Origin: Eledone cirrhosa
Taxonomy: Eukaryota
Length of the DNA: 64,000 nucleotides
Assembly: GCA_964016885.1 (NCBI GenBank)
Contig: OZ024756.1
Location: 15,562,001-15,626,000, forward strand
Direction: 5' to 3'
Shown here piece by piece: positions 51,520-63,945 of the stretch. Every line of letters begins with the position of its first letter. The stretch's first letter is position 1. The notes beneath the pieces are model-generated. The model worked only from the letters and a program-made list of their open reading frames with translations. It was not told the origin of the DNA and ran no database searches. A program made the position numbers and the translations under genes.

Positions 51520-51712
51520 AATATATTAACAAATGGAAACTATATTTATAAAACCATATTTATGGTTTTATAAATATAGTTTCCATTTATAAATATAAAT
51601 ATAGTTTCCATTTGTTAATATATTGTATTTTTACTCCAAAAATTTGTTGAGTGCTTTATATCAGTTATAAAAATATTTGCTTGTTGTATCCCAACAAATT
51701 AAATATAACTTC

Positions 51713-51720
<8 letters not shown>
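51520..51720. repeat. Shorter palindromic copy of the 49525-50000 element
   Basis: aaatggaaactatatttataaaaccat and its reverse complement, followed by the same tail (gagtgctttatatcagttataaaaatattt..ttgttgtatcccaacaa) as at 49940-49990. Confidence 0.7.
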
Positions 51721-51743
<23 letters not shown>

Positions 51744-51850
51744 GTTAAAATACTGCTGTTGCTGTAAAGATTTTCCATAATGAAAATAATGTTTGAATTG
51801 TTTTTTGTTGTTTTTATATTTCTCTCCCTCCTCCTCCTCTTTCCTTAGTT

Positions 51851-52076
51851 TTAACCCTTTATCATTTACATTACTCTATATACACAATTGTATTTTTTTG
51901 GTAAAGGCTTTATCTCACATATCTCATATAATATTGAATCTACAAGCTTTTGATATTATTTATTTTGAGAACAATACCTTAACAACAATATAAGTAGCTA
52001 ATTACGGCAAGTTTGAAAAGAAAGAGGTGAGAGAATTCTAGCCGGATATGGCTGGTTTAAATGCTAAAGGGTTTAA
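51851..52076. mobile_element. piggyBac-like MITE (related copy ~44019-44248)
   Basis: TTAA-CCCTTTA at left and TAAAGGG-T(T)TAA at right. Confidence 0.6.
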
Positions 52077-52213
52077 GAAAAAAAAATGTTTTAATGTTTG
52101 GTAGAAGTCAGGTTTGAAAGAGATTGACAGTGTAAGGAGTGCCTATGTTGCTCAGAGATATATTAGTATTTAGGGAAGGAGACTAATAGGGGATAGCAAA
52201 GGATTCATTGTTT

Positions 52214-52495
52214 TATTGTGAGACTAGTACATGAGTATGGGATGAGTGTGAGAACCAAGAAGAGTGAAGACATATTGTGAGACTAGCTACATGAGTATAG
52301 GATGAGTGTGAGAACCAAGAAGAGTGAAGACATATTGTGAGACTAGCTACATGAGTATAGGATGAGTGTGAGAACCAAGAAGAGTGAAGACATATTGTGA
52401 GACTAGCTACATGAGTATAGGATGAGTGTGAGAACCAAGAAGAGTGAAGACATATTGTAAGACTAGCTACATGAGTGTGAGAACCAAGAAGAGTA
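52214..52495. repeat. 60-bp tandem repeat (~4.5 near-identical units), unrelated to the SINE-derived one
   Basis: attgtgagactagctacatgagtataggatgagtgtgagaaccaagaagagtgaagacat. Confidence 0.92.
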
Positions 52496-52669
52496 AAGTC
52501 ATACACATGGTTGAAGCAAGGCTGGGCTTTCTCCTGCTGAGACGCTAATTTTTGATGATTTTAGTGTCAATCCTATTATGAGCAATGCCAGGTCAGGTGA
52601 CCATGTCTTGGCCATACAGAACTGATTTTGGCTCGGTTTCTACAGCTGGACGCCCAATGTAGTGCCAAC

Positions 52670-53220
52670 CTCATTTACAGTGAGTACTGCATGCTTTTTG
52701 TTGTGATGCTTACACAACCACTTTACAGTGTGGGCTGGTCGTTTTTGCCATGTCGCTGTCATGACCACTTTACAGTGTGGACTGGTCGTATTTGCTGTGT
52801 CGCTGTCATGACCACTTTACAGTGTGGACTGGTCGTATTTGCTGTGTCGCTGTCATGACCACTTTACAGTGTGGACTGGTCGTATTTGCTGTGTCGCTGT
52901 CATGACCACTTTACAGTGTGGACTGGTCGTATTTGCTGTGTCGCTGTCATGACCACTTTACAGTGTGGGCTGGTCGTTTTTTGCTGTGTCGCTGTCATGA
53001 CCACTTTACAGTGTGGACTGGTCGTATTTGCTGTGTCGCTGTCATGACCACTTCACAGTGTGGGCTGTACTTTTTGTTGTGTCACTGTCATGACCACTTC
53101 ACAGTGTGGGCTGTACTTTTTGTTGTGTCACTGTCATGACCACTTCACAGTGTGGGCTGTACTTTTTGTTGTGTCACTGTCATGACCACTTCACAGCGTG
53201 GGCTGTACTTTTTGTTGTGG
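52670..53220 (-). repeat. SINE-derived minisatellite variant
   Basis: Repeated catgaccactttacagtgtggactggtcgtatttgctgtgtcgctgt, a reverse-complement relative of the 556-1440 unit. Confidence 0.85.
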
Positions 53221-53650
53221 AAGTCATCAACCAATTCTAGCGGCTTCCTGCCTACATTAGTAATCTTCTCTGGCTTCTTAATATTCTCTACCAGATATTT
53301 CGTCTTAATTTCATTCATTCTCAGCCCCACACTCATCAACACAGTCTCCACCTCCTGCATCAGATCCTCTGCCTCCTTCATTCAGCTCGAAAGTGACACA
53401 GAAGAGACTGTGGTTAGCTGGACATGCTCACCGACATCCAGAGTTGACATTGTACTCATTGCTCCTGTGGGAGCCCCTGCATGGACACACTGGAAGACGA
53501 AGACTGAGGTTAACATATGTTGATGCCCTAAGGACAGACACTGGTCTGTTGGAGACGCAGGACATGGCAGCGATGGTGAGGGACAGAGACTGCTGGAGAG
53601 AACTCGTCCATGGATCTCGGGAATTTTACCCGCCCTAGATAGATAGATAA
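53221..53650. mobile_element. LINE 3' end with 5' inversion (53221-53385 on -, 53386-53650 on +)
   Basis: Minus piece EAEDLMQEVE..VGLRMNEIKTKY..LELVDDF; plus piece RLWLAGHAHRHPE..LLWEP..RDCWRELV* followed by a (TAGA)n tail. Confidence 0.75.
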
Positions 53651-55545
53651 GAAATTACCATGACAACCAATTATGTGAAGTTTTATATGGATGATTCAGC
53701 AAAGATTTATGGCTGTTGTTGTTATCATTATTTACATAAAGTTGTTGAATTGGCAGTATCTGTAGAGCGTTGGACAACGTTTTGCGGCATATAGTTACGT
53801 CCCTTTGCGTTCTGAATTGAAATCCCACTGAGATTAACTTTGCCTTTCATCCTTACGGAATCAATAAAATAAAGCACCCCTAATACACTGGGGTCGATTT
53901 AATCAACTTTCCCCTCCCCTCAAATTACTGGCCTTGTGCCTATAGTAGAAATCATTATTATTATTATTTACAGCATAGTTACGTCCCTTTACGATCTGAG
54001 TTCAAATCCCGCCGAGGTTGACTTTGCCTTCTATCCTTACGGGGTCGATAAAATAAAGTACCAGTAATGCACTGGGTAATTGCTGGCCTTGTGCCTAAAG
54101 TAGAATCAATTATTATTATTATTTACATAATGTCGTTGGATTGGTAGAATCGGTAGAGCATCGGGCAAAATGCTTTGCAGCATAGAGTTATGTTCTGAGG
54201 TTAGATTTGCCTTTCATCCTTATGGGGTCGATAAAATATTGTACCAGTAATGTAGTGGGGTCCATATAATTGACTTTCTCCTTCCCCAAATTGCTGGCTG
54301 TGTACCAATGTTAGAAAGAATTATTATTTCCCAAGATGGCGAATTGGCAGAATGTGTAGTGTGTCAGATTAAAGATACAAGTACAGTATTTGTTCTAGCT
54401 TTTTATATTCTGAGTTCAAATTCCGTCGAGGTTAGCTTTGACTTTCATCCTCCCTGGGTCGATAAAATTTAGTACCAGTAAAATACTGGAGGATATAATC
54501 GACGTTACTATTCCTTTGTGCCTAAATTAGAAATCATTTACATAGACACGTAATATCGTGTTGTGTATATGTGGGGGGGGGGGTAATTAAGGGAAGTAAC
54601 TCCTTTTTGAATTCCGATTTATTTTCTGTTATAACTTAACTATTGGCTAAGGGAGGTAATTCAACTGAAACTACCTCCTACTATTAACTGAACATTTGAC
54701 CTGCTGGAAATAACCAGATTATCAGAAGGAAGAAAAAAATCTCAGGATCCTGTTAAGATTAGGCCATCTTTTGAAGAGGGAAGAATAAAGAAGAACGCCA
54801 TGTTCGTGGGGTTAGGTTGGAAAAAGAAAATACTTATAACCCTTTCTAAAGCCTCAGAGGGAGGAGGAAACATATCTTCAAACGGGAGACGTCCAAACAC
54901 AACTGATTAGACACTGCGGGAGGCACCCATGAATTAGATGGGGGAGCGAGTGTTAAACCAGGTGACCTATTTGCCACCCATATAGGCCGTAGTTGGATAT
55001 TTGTTTTTTAACTCAGAACCAAAAATACTGCAGAACATTTTTGTTTGGCACTACCGATTCTCTCATTCTATTATCTTGGGCTGGTAACTTAATTTTATTG
55101 ACCAATACCGCTTCCTAATTTCCCTTCCCTTCCCAAAACATGCAAAGCAGAGTTGGCTTTGAACAGATTTGAACTCAGACAGTCTGAATAAATGTATCAA
55201 GCTATTTAGTCCTCGACTTTAACGACTCTGCTAAGATTTTCTGGCTAAGGCACACACACAGACCTCGTGGTTAGAGTTATAGTCCAGAAAACATACACTC
55301 TGAAACGGCTAATCTATGGTCAGAAAACTAGATATTTTTCATCTACAACGCATGTAACTCTTTTCTTTCTCGTTAAAAGGTCTGTAACATTACTTCTTTC
55401 CTTTCCTAAAGTTAGCTACATTTACTATAACCGTCACACTTCTACTGAGAAGGCCCGTGAAAAACTGGTCGTAGGCTCAATCCAGATGTAAAATACAGAC
55501 CCCGATCAAGAGTAAAATGTAGGCCACCAAAGCTGTACAAACCAG

Positions 55546-55614
<69 letters not shown>

Positions 55615-55780
55615 GTTTCTACTTTAGGCACAAGGCCAGCAATTACCCAGTGCATTACTGGTACTTTATTTTATCGACCCCGCAAGGATGAAAGGCAAAG
55701 TCAACCTCGGCGGGATTTGAACTCAGATCGTAAAGGGACGTAACTATGCTGGAAAGCACGGCGTCCGACCCTCTACCGAT

Positions 55781-56178
55781 AGAAACACACGCACCAGTTG
55801 CTTTCACTTCAATTTATTATATATTTATAAATTTCTGGTTGGTTGGTTGGTTCCACAACCAGATAGTTGTTTATATATAGTCATAGTCCTTTCGTCACAC
55901 ACTCTGTGACCTCTTCAGTGACTGGGGATTCCTTTCTTTGTTTCTGTGCCTTTCCTTTCTTCTGTCCTACGCCGAAGAAAGGAAAGGCACAGAAACAAAG
56001 AAAGGAATCCCCAGTCACTGAAGAGGTCACAGAGTGTGTGGTGAAAGGACTATGACTATATATAAACAACTATCTGGTTGTGGAACCAACCAACCAACCA
56101 GAAATTTATAGATTTGTAGATTTATAAATTTATAAATATATAATAAATTGAAGTGAAAGCAACTGGTGCGTGTGTTTC
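55781..56178. repeat. Near-perfect ~400-bp palindrome with hammerhead-like motifs; probable Penelope-like remnant
   Basis: Mirror ORFs 55867+ and 56069-; 11-nt loop near 55968; agtca-CTGAAGA-g-gtcaca..tgtgac-GAAAG-ga-CTA-tgact on the minus strand at 55879-55923. Confidence 0.8.
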
Positions 56179-56754
56179 TTATTGGCAACATGACCCTCCC
56201 AAAGTATAACAATATCGGTTTCAACACGCGATTTCAGATAAAGAATCTTGCTAAACAAATTCAGAAACGAAATATATATATATATATATATATATATTAA
56301 TAGTAATAATAATAATGAAATTGAAGACTAAAATCCAAAGCAGCGATTCTATGCTTAAACTTTAATCTGTTATTTTAATAAATATATATATATATAATGT
56401 GTGTGTGTGTACATATATTTACACGCATATATATATGTCATCGATTAACGTCTATCTTCCACGTTAGCATGGGTTAGGCGGGTTCCATTTAGAGGCACGT
56501 TGGGTCGGGTGACCGTGTCTCGCTCATATAGGAGTGTTTCTGGCTGGTTTTCTACGGCTAGATGCCCTTCCTAATGCCAACCACATTGACAGTGTGGGCT
56601 GGGTGCTTTTTGCCGTGTCTTTTACACGTCCACTTTACAGTGTGGGCTGGATATTATATACATATATATACATACATGGTCTATATATACATATTTGTGT
56701 ATATACGCACATATCATCATCACCTCCGTTTTTACGTCCATTTTCCACGCTAGC

Positions 56755-57237
56755 ATGGGTGGTGATGTAATTGGGGCATACTGTATATATGCTTCAGCTT
56801 GTGCTCGTGGAAGTCGGGTCTTCTGTATTACTGCATATCGCCAGAGGTCCCGGCCATGTGTCATCGCCTTTGAGAGGTGCAATTGGGCATGGCCGGCTTT
56901 TATCACCTCACCCCAAGTCTTCCTGGGTCTCCCCTCTCCAAGACTTCCAACGACTTTGAACGCTCTGCACTTTTTTATACAGCTGCCATCCTTCATACGC
57001 AACACGTGTCCAAACTAACGCAATCGCATTTCCTGCACGCAGCATTTGATTCCTCTTATGCCTAGTTTTTCTCTCAGTTCATTTATGCTTCGGCGTTTTC
57101 CTTATATGACTATTACACATCCATCAGAGCATGCAGGCTTCATTTCTTTCCAATCTACGCAAGTCTTCTACATACAGCGCCTAAGTCTCACTACCATGTA
57201 TCATTGCTGTTCGGACGCACGCATCATACAGTCTGCC

Positions 57238-57243
<6 letters not shown>
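56755..57243 (-). mobile_element. RTE LINE 3' fragment
   Basis: [19 protein letters not shown]...GRPRKTWGEVI. Confidence 0.85.
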
Positions 57244-57283
<40 letters not shown>

Positions 57284-58229
57284 AAACATATATGATTGTG
57301 TGTATATAAATATATGAATAGTAAGCGGCTCTTCAATGACATCACTTTATCAGAGAGAGAAACAAACGGGGCTTGTTGGAGCTCAGTGAAGCGTATAACT
57401 GCTACCGTCATTATATTTACTGAAGATCTGGTTCGTTTTTTGTTTGTTTTTTATTATCTTTCCACATGTACACAAATAGATAACTGGATGAACATAAGTT
57501 CGTAGATAAAATAAGCTTCCTTGTATACAATAAAAACAGTGTTGTCATTATTTGAAAAGTTACGCCACCATTCCGACCACGCTTAAACTAACAATGAAAT
57601 AATATAACAGGACAGTAAAGATATCTAGGTGAAAGTGAAGAAGATGGGGGTGATAGAGTAGAAGCTATGTAGGTGAAAGTTGGGGAAGATAGAGTAGAAG
57701 CTATGTAGGTAAATGTAAAGAAGATAGAGTAAGCTATGTAGGTAAATGTGAGGAAGGTAGAGTAAGCTATATTGGATGAAACTGATGAAGATAGAGTGAT
57801 AGGGTAAAAGCTATGTAGGTGGACGTGAGGCAGATAGAGTAAGCTATGTAGGTGGAGAGGAGGAAGATAAAGTAAGCTAAGTGGGTAAATGTGAGGAAGA
57901 TAGAGAAAGCTATGTAGGTGAAAGTGGGGCAGATAGAGTGATAAAGTAAGCAATGTAGGTTAGGGTGGGGAAGACAGAGTAACAGAGTAAAGCTTTCTAA
58001 GTGAACATGAGGAAGATAGAGTAATAGAGTGATCTACTTATTGCAACCCTCCCCCTTCCTCACTTAACGAATGAAATGTCGCTCAGATTGATTTCCTTTC
58101 TTCGTGGGATGTCGTCTGCATATGGAAGAAAGACGTGGAAGATATCGTCTGCATATGAAAGACGTCGAAGATATCGTCTGCATATTTTGCGTTTATTGCT
58201 TTTTTCTTTCGTTTGTACTGATAACTCTC

Positions 58230-59090
58230 TTCTTCTTCTTCTTCTTCTTCTTCTTCTTCTTCTTCTTCTTCTTCTTCTTCTTCTTCTTCTACGCTCACAT
58301 GAGAGGGGCAGAGTCCTCAAACATTCGTTCCAGTGGGTCCTATCAGAAGCAACCGTCTCCAACTGATCCGGCTGGATCGTCAAGCTAGACCAGCCAAGCT
58401 CATGGATATTATCCAACCATCTTGTTCGAGGTCTTCTCCTGGGTGTCCTGTCGGCTGGTTTTGCCCGAAAATCTGTCAAGCGATTCTTTCCTGAAACATT
58501 CTAACTCCATGCCCATAGTATCGGAGTTGTGATCTCTCAATTCGGAGAAATAGCGGTGACTCGCTGACTGCACCAGCTCCAGCAATCCTTGCACTTAATT
58601 CAGCTTCATGTCTTCCATCACTCGTAAACATGACCCCGAGATACTTGAACTTCTCCACCGGCTTCAGTGGAACTCCATTTACATGTAGTGAGCACAGCGC
58701 AGGCTTCCTTGAGAGGACGAGTGTCTCAGTTTTCGCAACACTGATTTTCATTCCAGCCATACAGCACTCGGCATCAAACCTATTAAGCGCAAGTCGGAGA
58801 TCACTTTCTGTCGAATTAAGTTATATCATGTCGTCTGCAAACTCCAGCCGACTGATTTTACACCTGCCAGTTGTGTTACCACCTCCAGCCTGGCTGCCCA
58901 TGTCAATCCTGTTCATAAAAAATAACGAACAGGAGAGGTAACAGTACACATCCTTGGCGGAGTCTGACTCTCACATTGAATGGTTTCGATTTAGCACCAT
59001 TTATCCGATCACAAATACTCGGGCATTCCGTATAGAGACATCGGGGCAACAAGAAGCTGACCATCGACCCCATACTCCTGCAGAACCTTA
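58230..59090 (-). mobile_element. RTE-like LINE RT/3' fragment with (GAA)n tail
   Basis: VRQGC.L.P.LF, FADD, GMKISVAKTE, VEKFKYLG, RPRTRWLD. Confidence 0.85.
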
Positions 59091-59131
59091 CACAGCAGTT
59101 CTCTCTCTCTCTCTATATATATATATATAAT

Positions 59132-59325
59132 CAGACCTGTCAACTCTCCCCGTCCGTCGAGGAGATTTCCAACCCACTTTGGGTGGATGAGAGATGTCTT
59201 TTCTTGTTAAAATGGGTATAGCTTTCATTATGTAAAATCTTCCCATTTTGCCTCGTTTATCCCAGTTTGGGGGCACTTTTTTTCATAGTACTCCCTGTTT
59301 GGATTTTTAGGGGTTGGCAGGTCTG
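59132..59325. mobile_element. MITE with CAGACCTG(T/C)CAAC terminal inverted repeats
   Basis: cagacctgtcaac ... gttggcaggtctg inserted in a TA-rich tract. Confidence 0.65.
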
Positions 59326-60081
59326 ATATATATAATTGTTTCTACTTTTGGCACAAGGCCAGCAATTATCCCAGTGTATTACTGGTACTTTATTTAATCG
59401 ACCCCGTAAGGATGAAAGGTAAAGTTAACCTCGGCGGGATTTGAACTCAGACCATAAAGGGCCGTAACTCTTTGCTGCAAAGCATGGTGTCTGACGCTCT
59501 ACCGATACTGCCAATCCACCGCTGGTATGATATATATAATTGTTTCTACTTTTGGCACAAGGCCAGCAATTACCCAGTGCATTTACTGGTACTTTATTTT
59601 ATCGACCCCGTAAGGATGAGAGACAAAGTTAACCTTGGCGGGATTTGAACTCAGAATGGCAATGGCCGTAACTCTATGCGTCAAAGCATGGTGTCCGACC
59701 CTCTACCGACACTGCCAATCCGGCTGTACACTCGTGTCCGAGGAAGTCCGTCAGTGACTGTGAAAATCCCATCAAATTCCGACATATCTTTTGGCAGTCC
59801 TTACAAAGCTGTATATATACCGGACATTAGGCAGAGGTGTATTCTGATCTATGGCAAAATCGATAAATAGAGTTGCAGAACTTCCCACCTGTATTATTAT
59901 TTTCCTTTACTGGTTTCAGTCAGACATTAAACTGCGGCCAAGCTGGGACACCACCATAATTTAGTCGACCATATCCATCACCCCACTACTTACTTTTTCA
60001 AGTCTGCTACTTATTCTATCGATCTCATTTTTGTCGAACCACTAAGTTTCGCGACATAAACACACACACACACACGCACGC

Positions 60082-60142
<61 letters not shown>

Positions 60143-60469
60143 GATTGCGCAGTTTCCGTCTACCGAATTCCACTCAAAAGTCATTGATCTACCTGAGACT
60201 GTAGTAATAATAGAAGTCTGTCCAAGATGCCGCCGTGCAATGGGACTGAACCTGAATCCACGTGATTGCGAAACGAACTCCTTAGGATCACAGCCATTCC
60301 TGTATGTTATGCCATTTATAATTGTGGGGCTGTCGAGAAGGGACTGTCGGTATTTGGGGGACGCCTTACCGGAAGCGGAAGACGAGTAGGGTCATATGAG
60401 GATTCAGGGCCTATTGACTAGTTCTTTTCCCCTCAGGCCATGGTCGAGTGCGATTGTGAGTGAGAAATG

Positions 60470-61932
60470 TGTGGGTATGGTGTGGCGTGCGGTGGCCGGA
60501 AGCGGGGGAGTGCTCGACCGGAAGGGTGCTTGGCCGGAAGGATGTTCGACCGGAAGGACCAGCAGATGGCCCTCTCTAATGGTGACCAGCAACGGTGTGG
60601 ACGCGAGTTTTGGCAGCTCCCGGTGTTAAGCAGTTGGACGCACGTGAAAGAGGAGAGACCAGCAGTGGAATTTAGCGGCGCCTATAAAAAGCGGTAAGTG
60701 ACACAGTGTTCAAAGGGTGGTTAGAGGCTGCGTCCGATGTCAGTCCATTGATCCCGCCCCGGGTGTACACGAAACGGGAAGCCTCCCAGTGGATCGCGAC
60801 TGGAAGCGATTGGCGGTGGATGAAACGCACTACCGACAGGGAACGTACCTCTCGATGGTCGACTGTGGACCAGGACGGATGGCGATATGGAGGGAGATGA
60901 AGACTGGAACGGCCGAGGAAATCATGCGGACGTTGAGAGAGGTGTTCTTGGAACGGGGCCCTGTGGACGAACTGCTGATGGACAACAGCGCAGCGTTCCG
61001 CTCGGAGGCGCTGAGGGAGATGCTCGATGGATGGAAGGTGGACCGTTTCTTCAGAGCAGCGCACAGGCCGAGCGGGAATGGAATTGTGGAGCGACACCAC
61101 CGGATGATCAAGGCAATGGTGGAGCGGGGCCATATCTCACCAATGGAGGCAGTGTTCTGGTACAACATGTCCCCTCGGGTGGGACAGGTCGAGGAATAGG
61201 TGCCACACAGAACAGTATTCAGATACGAGTGGCGGCACCCGTGCACGCCACCACAACGGCCAGTGGGGAGAGAGAGTGCATTCGTGCAGGTGGGCGAAGA
61301 AGTCTGGGTTAAGCCCCCAGATGCACGTTGCACATCTCAATGGGGAAGGGGAACGGTGACGGCCGTAAATTCCCAGAACAATGTGTCCGTGGACGGAGTA
61401 CCATGTCATGTCCTGGATGTCCGTAGAATCACTGTGTCAACGGACTCCGAGGAAGAGGAAACCCAAAGTGCTGCCCCAACACTGCGGAGATCGCAAAGAA
61501 GTCGTAAACCACCAACCTGGACAGCAGACTTTCATATGCAGAAGGACGAGGGGGAAATTGATCCTTGAGATCAGGGGAACGTGTGGGTATGGTGTGGCGT
61601 GCGGTGGCCGGAAGCGGGGCAGTGCTCGACCGGAAGGGTGCTTGGCCGGAAGGATGCTCGACCGGAAGGGCCAGCAGATGGCCCTCTCTAGTGGTGACCA
61701 GCAACGGTGTGGACGCGAGTTTTGGCAGCTCCCGGTGTTAAGCAGTTGGACGCACGTGGAAGAGGAGAGACCAGCAGTGGAATTTAGCGGCGCCTATAAA
61801 AAGCGGTAAGTGAGATAGCTTTTTCTAACCACAAAAGGTTCTGTTATCCTCAGTTGGATGTAAGTCACGGGGACAGTGGACGACTCAGTCCGGAGTACTT
61901 TGGAGACGCCATGTCATGAAAGGTCATTAACA
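60470..61932 (+). mobile_element. Internally deleted Gypsy/Ty3 LTR retrotransposon (partial 5' LTR, integrase, 3' LTR)
   Basis: Direct repeats 60470-60701 and 61582-61813 starting TGTGGG, with TATAAAA; purine-rich tract before the 3' LTR; right end (…TAACA, 61932) is tentative. Confidence 0.88.
60708..61568 (+). pseudogene. Gypsy integrase (CxxC, D-D-E core), 5'-truncated, one in-frame TAG at 61197-61199
   Basis: VRGCVRCQSIDP, RLAVD, LLMDNSAAF, GNGIVERHHR. Confidence 0.88.
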
Positions 61933-62084
61933 TTATATGAAAATAATTCAGCAGTATCTAATAAAAACAAAACACTCTACTAAAGGGAACAGAAAAGGAA
62001 GAAGAACAAAGAAAATGGAAGGGGAGAAAAAGAAAGAAGGATCAAGCAACGAAAGAAATGGAGAGCGGGATGGACAGACACTAC

Positions 62085-62260
62085 ACCCCAACTTGAGCGG
62101 TGCCATAGCAACGCCCCGCGGAACAAAACGGCAAAAGCGTTACCGCGGAGAATGGCGAGAGACATTCGCTGCAGCAACCATTCCACCACACGTGACTCCC
62201 TCCTCAAGTGGTCCACCATCTTTCCGACTTTACAGTAGTACAGAGACCAAACACACCAGT
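62085..62260 (-). mobile_element. CRE-like retrotransposon 3' remnant
   Basis: RRESRVVEWLLQRMSLAILRGNAFAVL. Confidence 0.65.
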
Positions 62261-62481
62261 ATCATGGATTTATGGCAGTGAACGTTTTGCCAGAATGTCA
62301 ATGGTGACTCATCTAGCCACCCTTGTTAAATACCACAGACCGAATTTAACCCTATCCGTTTCATAAATTTAATATTTTAAGACAGTTTATAAATATAGAC
62401 TAAGAACAACGCCTCCAATTGTATAAAACTAACCCCCATGAGAAAACTAGAGGAAAAATACTTTTAATAACTATTATTTAT

Positions 62482-63197
62482 ATCGGTAGAGGGTCGGACG
62501 CCATGCTTTCCAGCATAGTTACGTCCCTTTACGATCTGAGTTCAAATCCCGCCGAGGTTGACTTTGCCTTTCATCCTTACGTGGTCGATAAAATAAAGTA
62601 CCAGTAATGCACTGGGTAATTGCTGGCCTTGTGCCAAAAAGTAGAAACAATTATTTATAATCATTAGAGGGTCGGACGCCATGCTTTGGCGCATAGAGTT
62701 ACGGCCCTTGCCATTCTGAGTTCAAATCTCGCCGAGGTTAACTTTGCCTTTCATCCTTACGGGGGTCGATAAAATAAAGTACCAGTAATACACTGGGATA
62801 ATTGCTGGCCTTGTGCCAAAAAGTAGAAACAATTATTTATAATCATTAGAGGGTCGGACGCCATGCTTTGACGCATAGAGTTACGGCCCTTGCCATTCTG
62901 AGTTCAAATCCCGCCGAGGTTGACTTTACCTTTCATCCTTACGGGGGTCGATAAAATAAAGTACCAGTAATGCACTGGGATAATTGCTAGCCTTGTGCCA
63001 AAAAGTAGAAACAATTATTTATAATCATTAGAGGGTCGGACGCCATGCTTTGACGCATAGAGTTACGGCCCTTGCCATTCTGAGTTCAAATCCCGCCGAG
63101 GTTAACTTTGCCTTTCATCCTTACGGGGTCGATAAAATAAAGTACCAGTAATGCACTGGGGTAATTGCTGGCCTTGTGCCAAAAGTAGAAACAATTA
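62482..63197 (+). mobile_element. Head-to-tail array of four Nin-domain-like SINE units (~180 bp). Further clusters at 45530-46130, 53745-54535 and 59335-59720; single copies at 3356, 9236, 14580, 22825 and 55613.
   Basis: B box GAGTTCAAATCC, central ctttgcctttcatccttacggggtcgataaaataaagtaccag, tail gctggccttgtgccaaaagtagaaacaattatt. Confidence 0.8.
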
Positions 63198-63389
63198 TTA
63201 ATTAAATAAATAGTAGTACTAGTTATATATATATGTATGTGTTTGCGTATGTATATATATATATATGTGTGCGTGTATGTATGTATATATATATGTGTAT
63301 ATGTATGTGTATATATGTGTATATGTATGTGTATATGTATGTATATATATGTATATATGTATATGTATGTATATAAATATGTGTATATG

Positions 63390-63421
<32 letters not shown>

Positions 63422-63824
63422 TATATGTATGTATATATATATTTATATATATTTATATGTATGTATATATATGACGTGTACAATTCTTAACTACTCATAG
63501 AAACACAACAACATGATTTACAACACCACCACCAGCTCTCTCTTCCATTCTCCTTCTCTGTCTCCTCTCCCTCTCTCTATGTCTCTCTTTCAATCTACTC
63601 TCTCACAACCACTATCTCTTCCTCTCTATCTATCTCATATATATATATATATCTATATATATATATCTATATATAGTGAAAAATTGAACAGGAACAAAAC
63701 AGAGAGGCAGTACAACGAATGTTTATTAATTTCATGCGCACGTGTGTATGAGTAGATATATATATGTGTGTGAATGTGTATGCGTGTGTGTGTGTATATT
63801 TGTGTGTTTGTGTTTTTTCTTGTG

Positions 63825-63867
<43 letters not shown>

Positions 63868-63872
63868 ATGTA

Positions 63873-63945
<73 letters not shown>

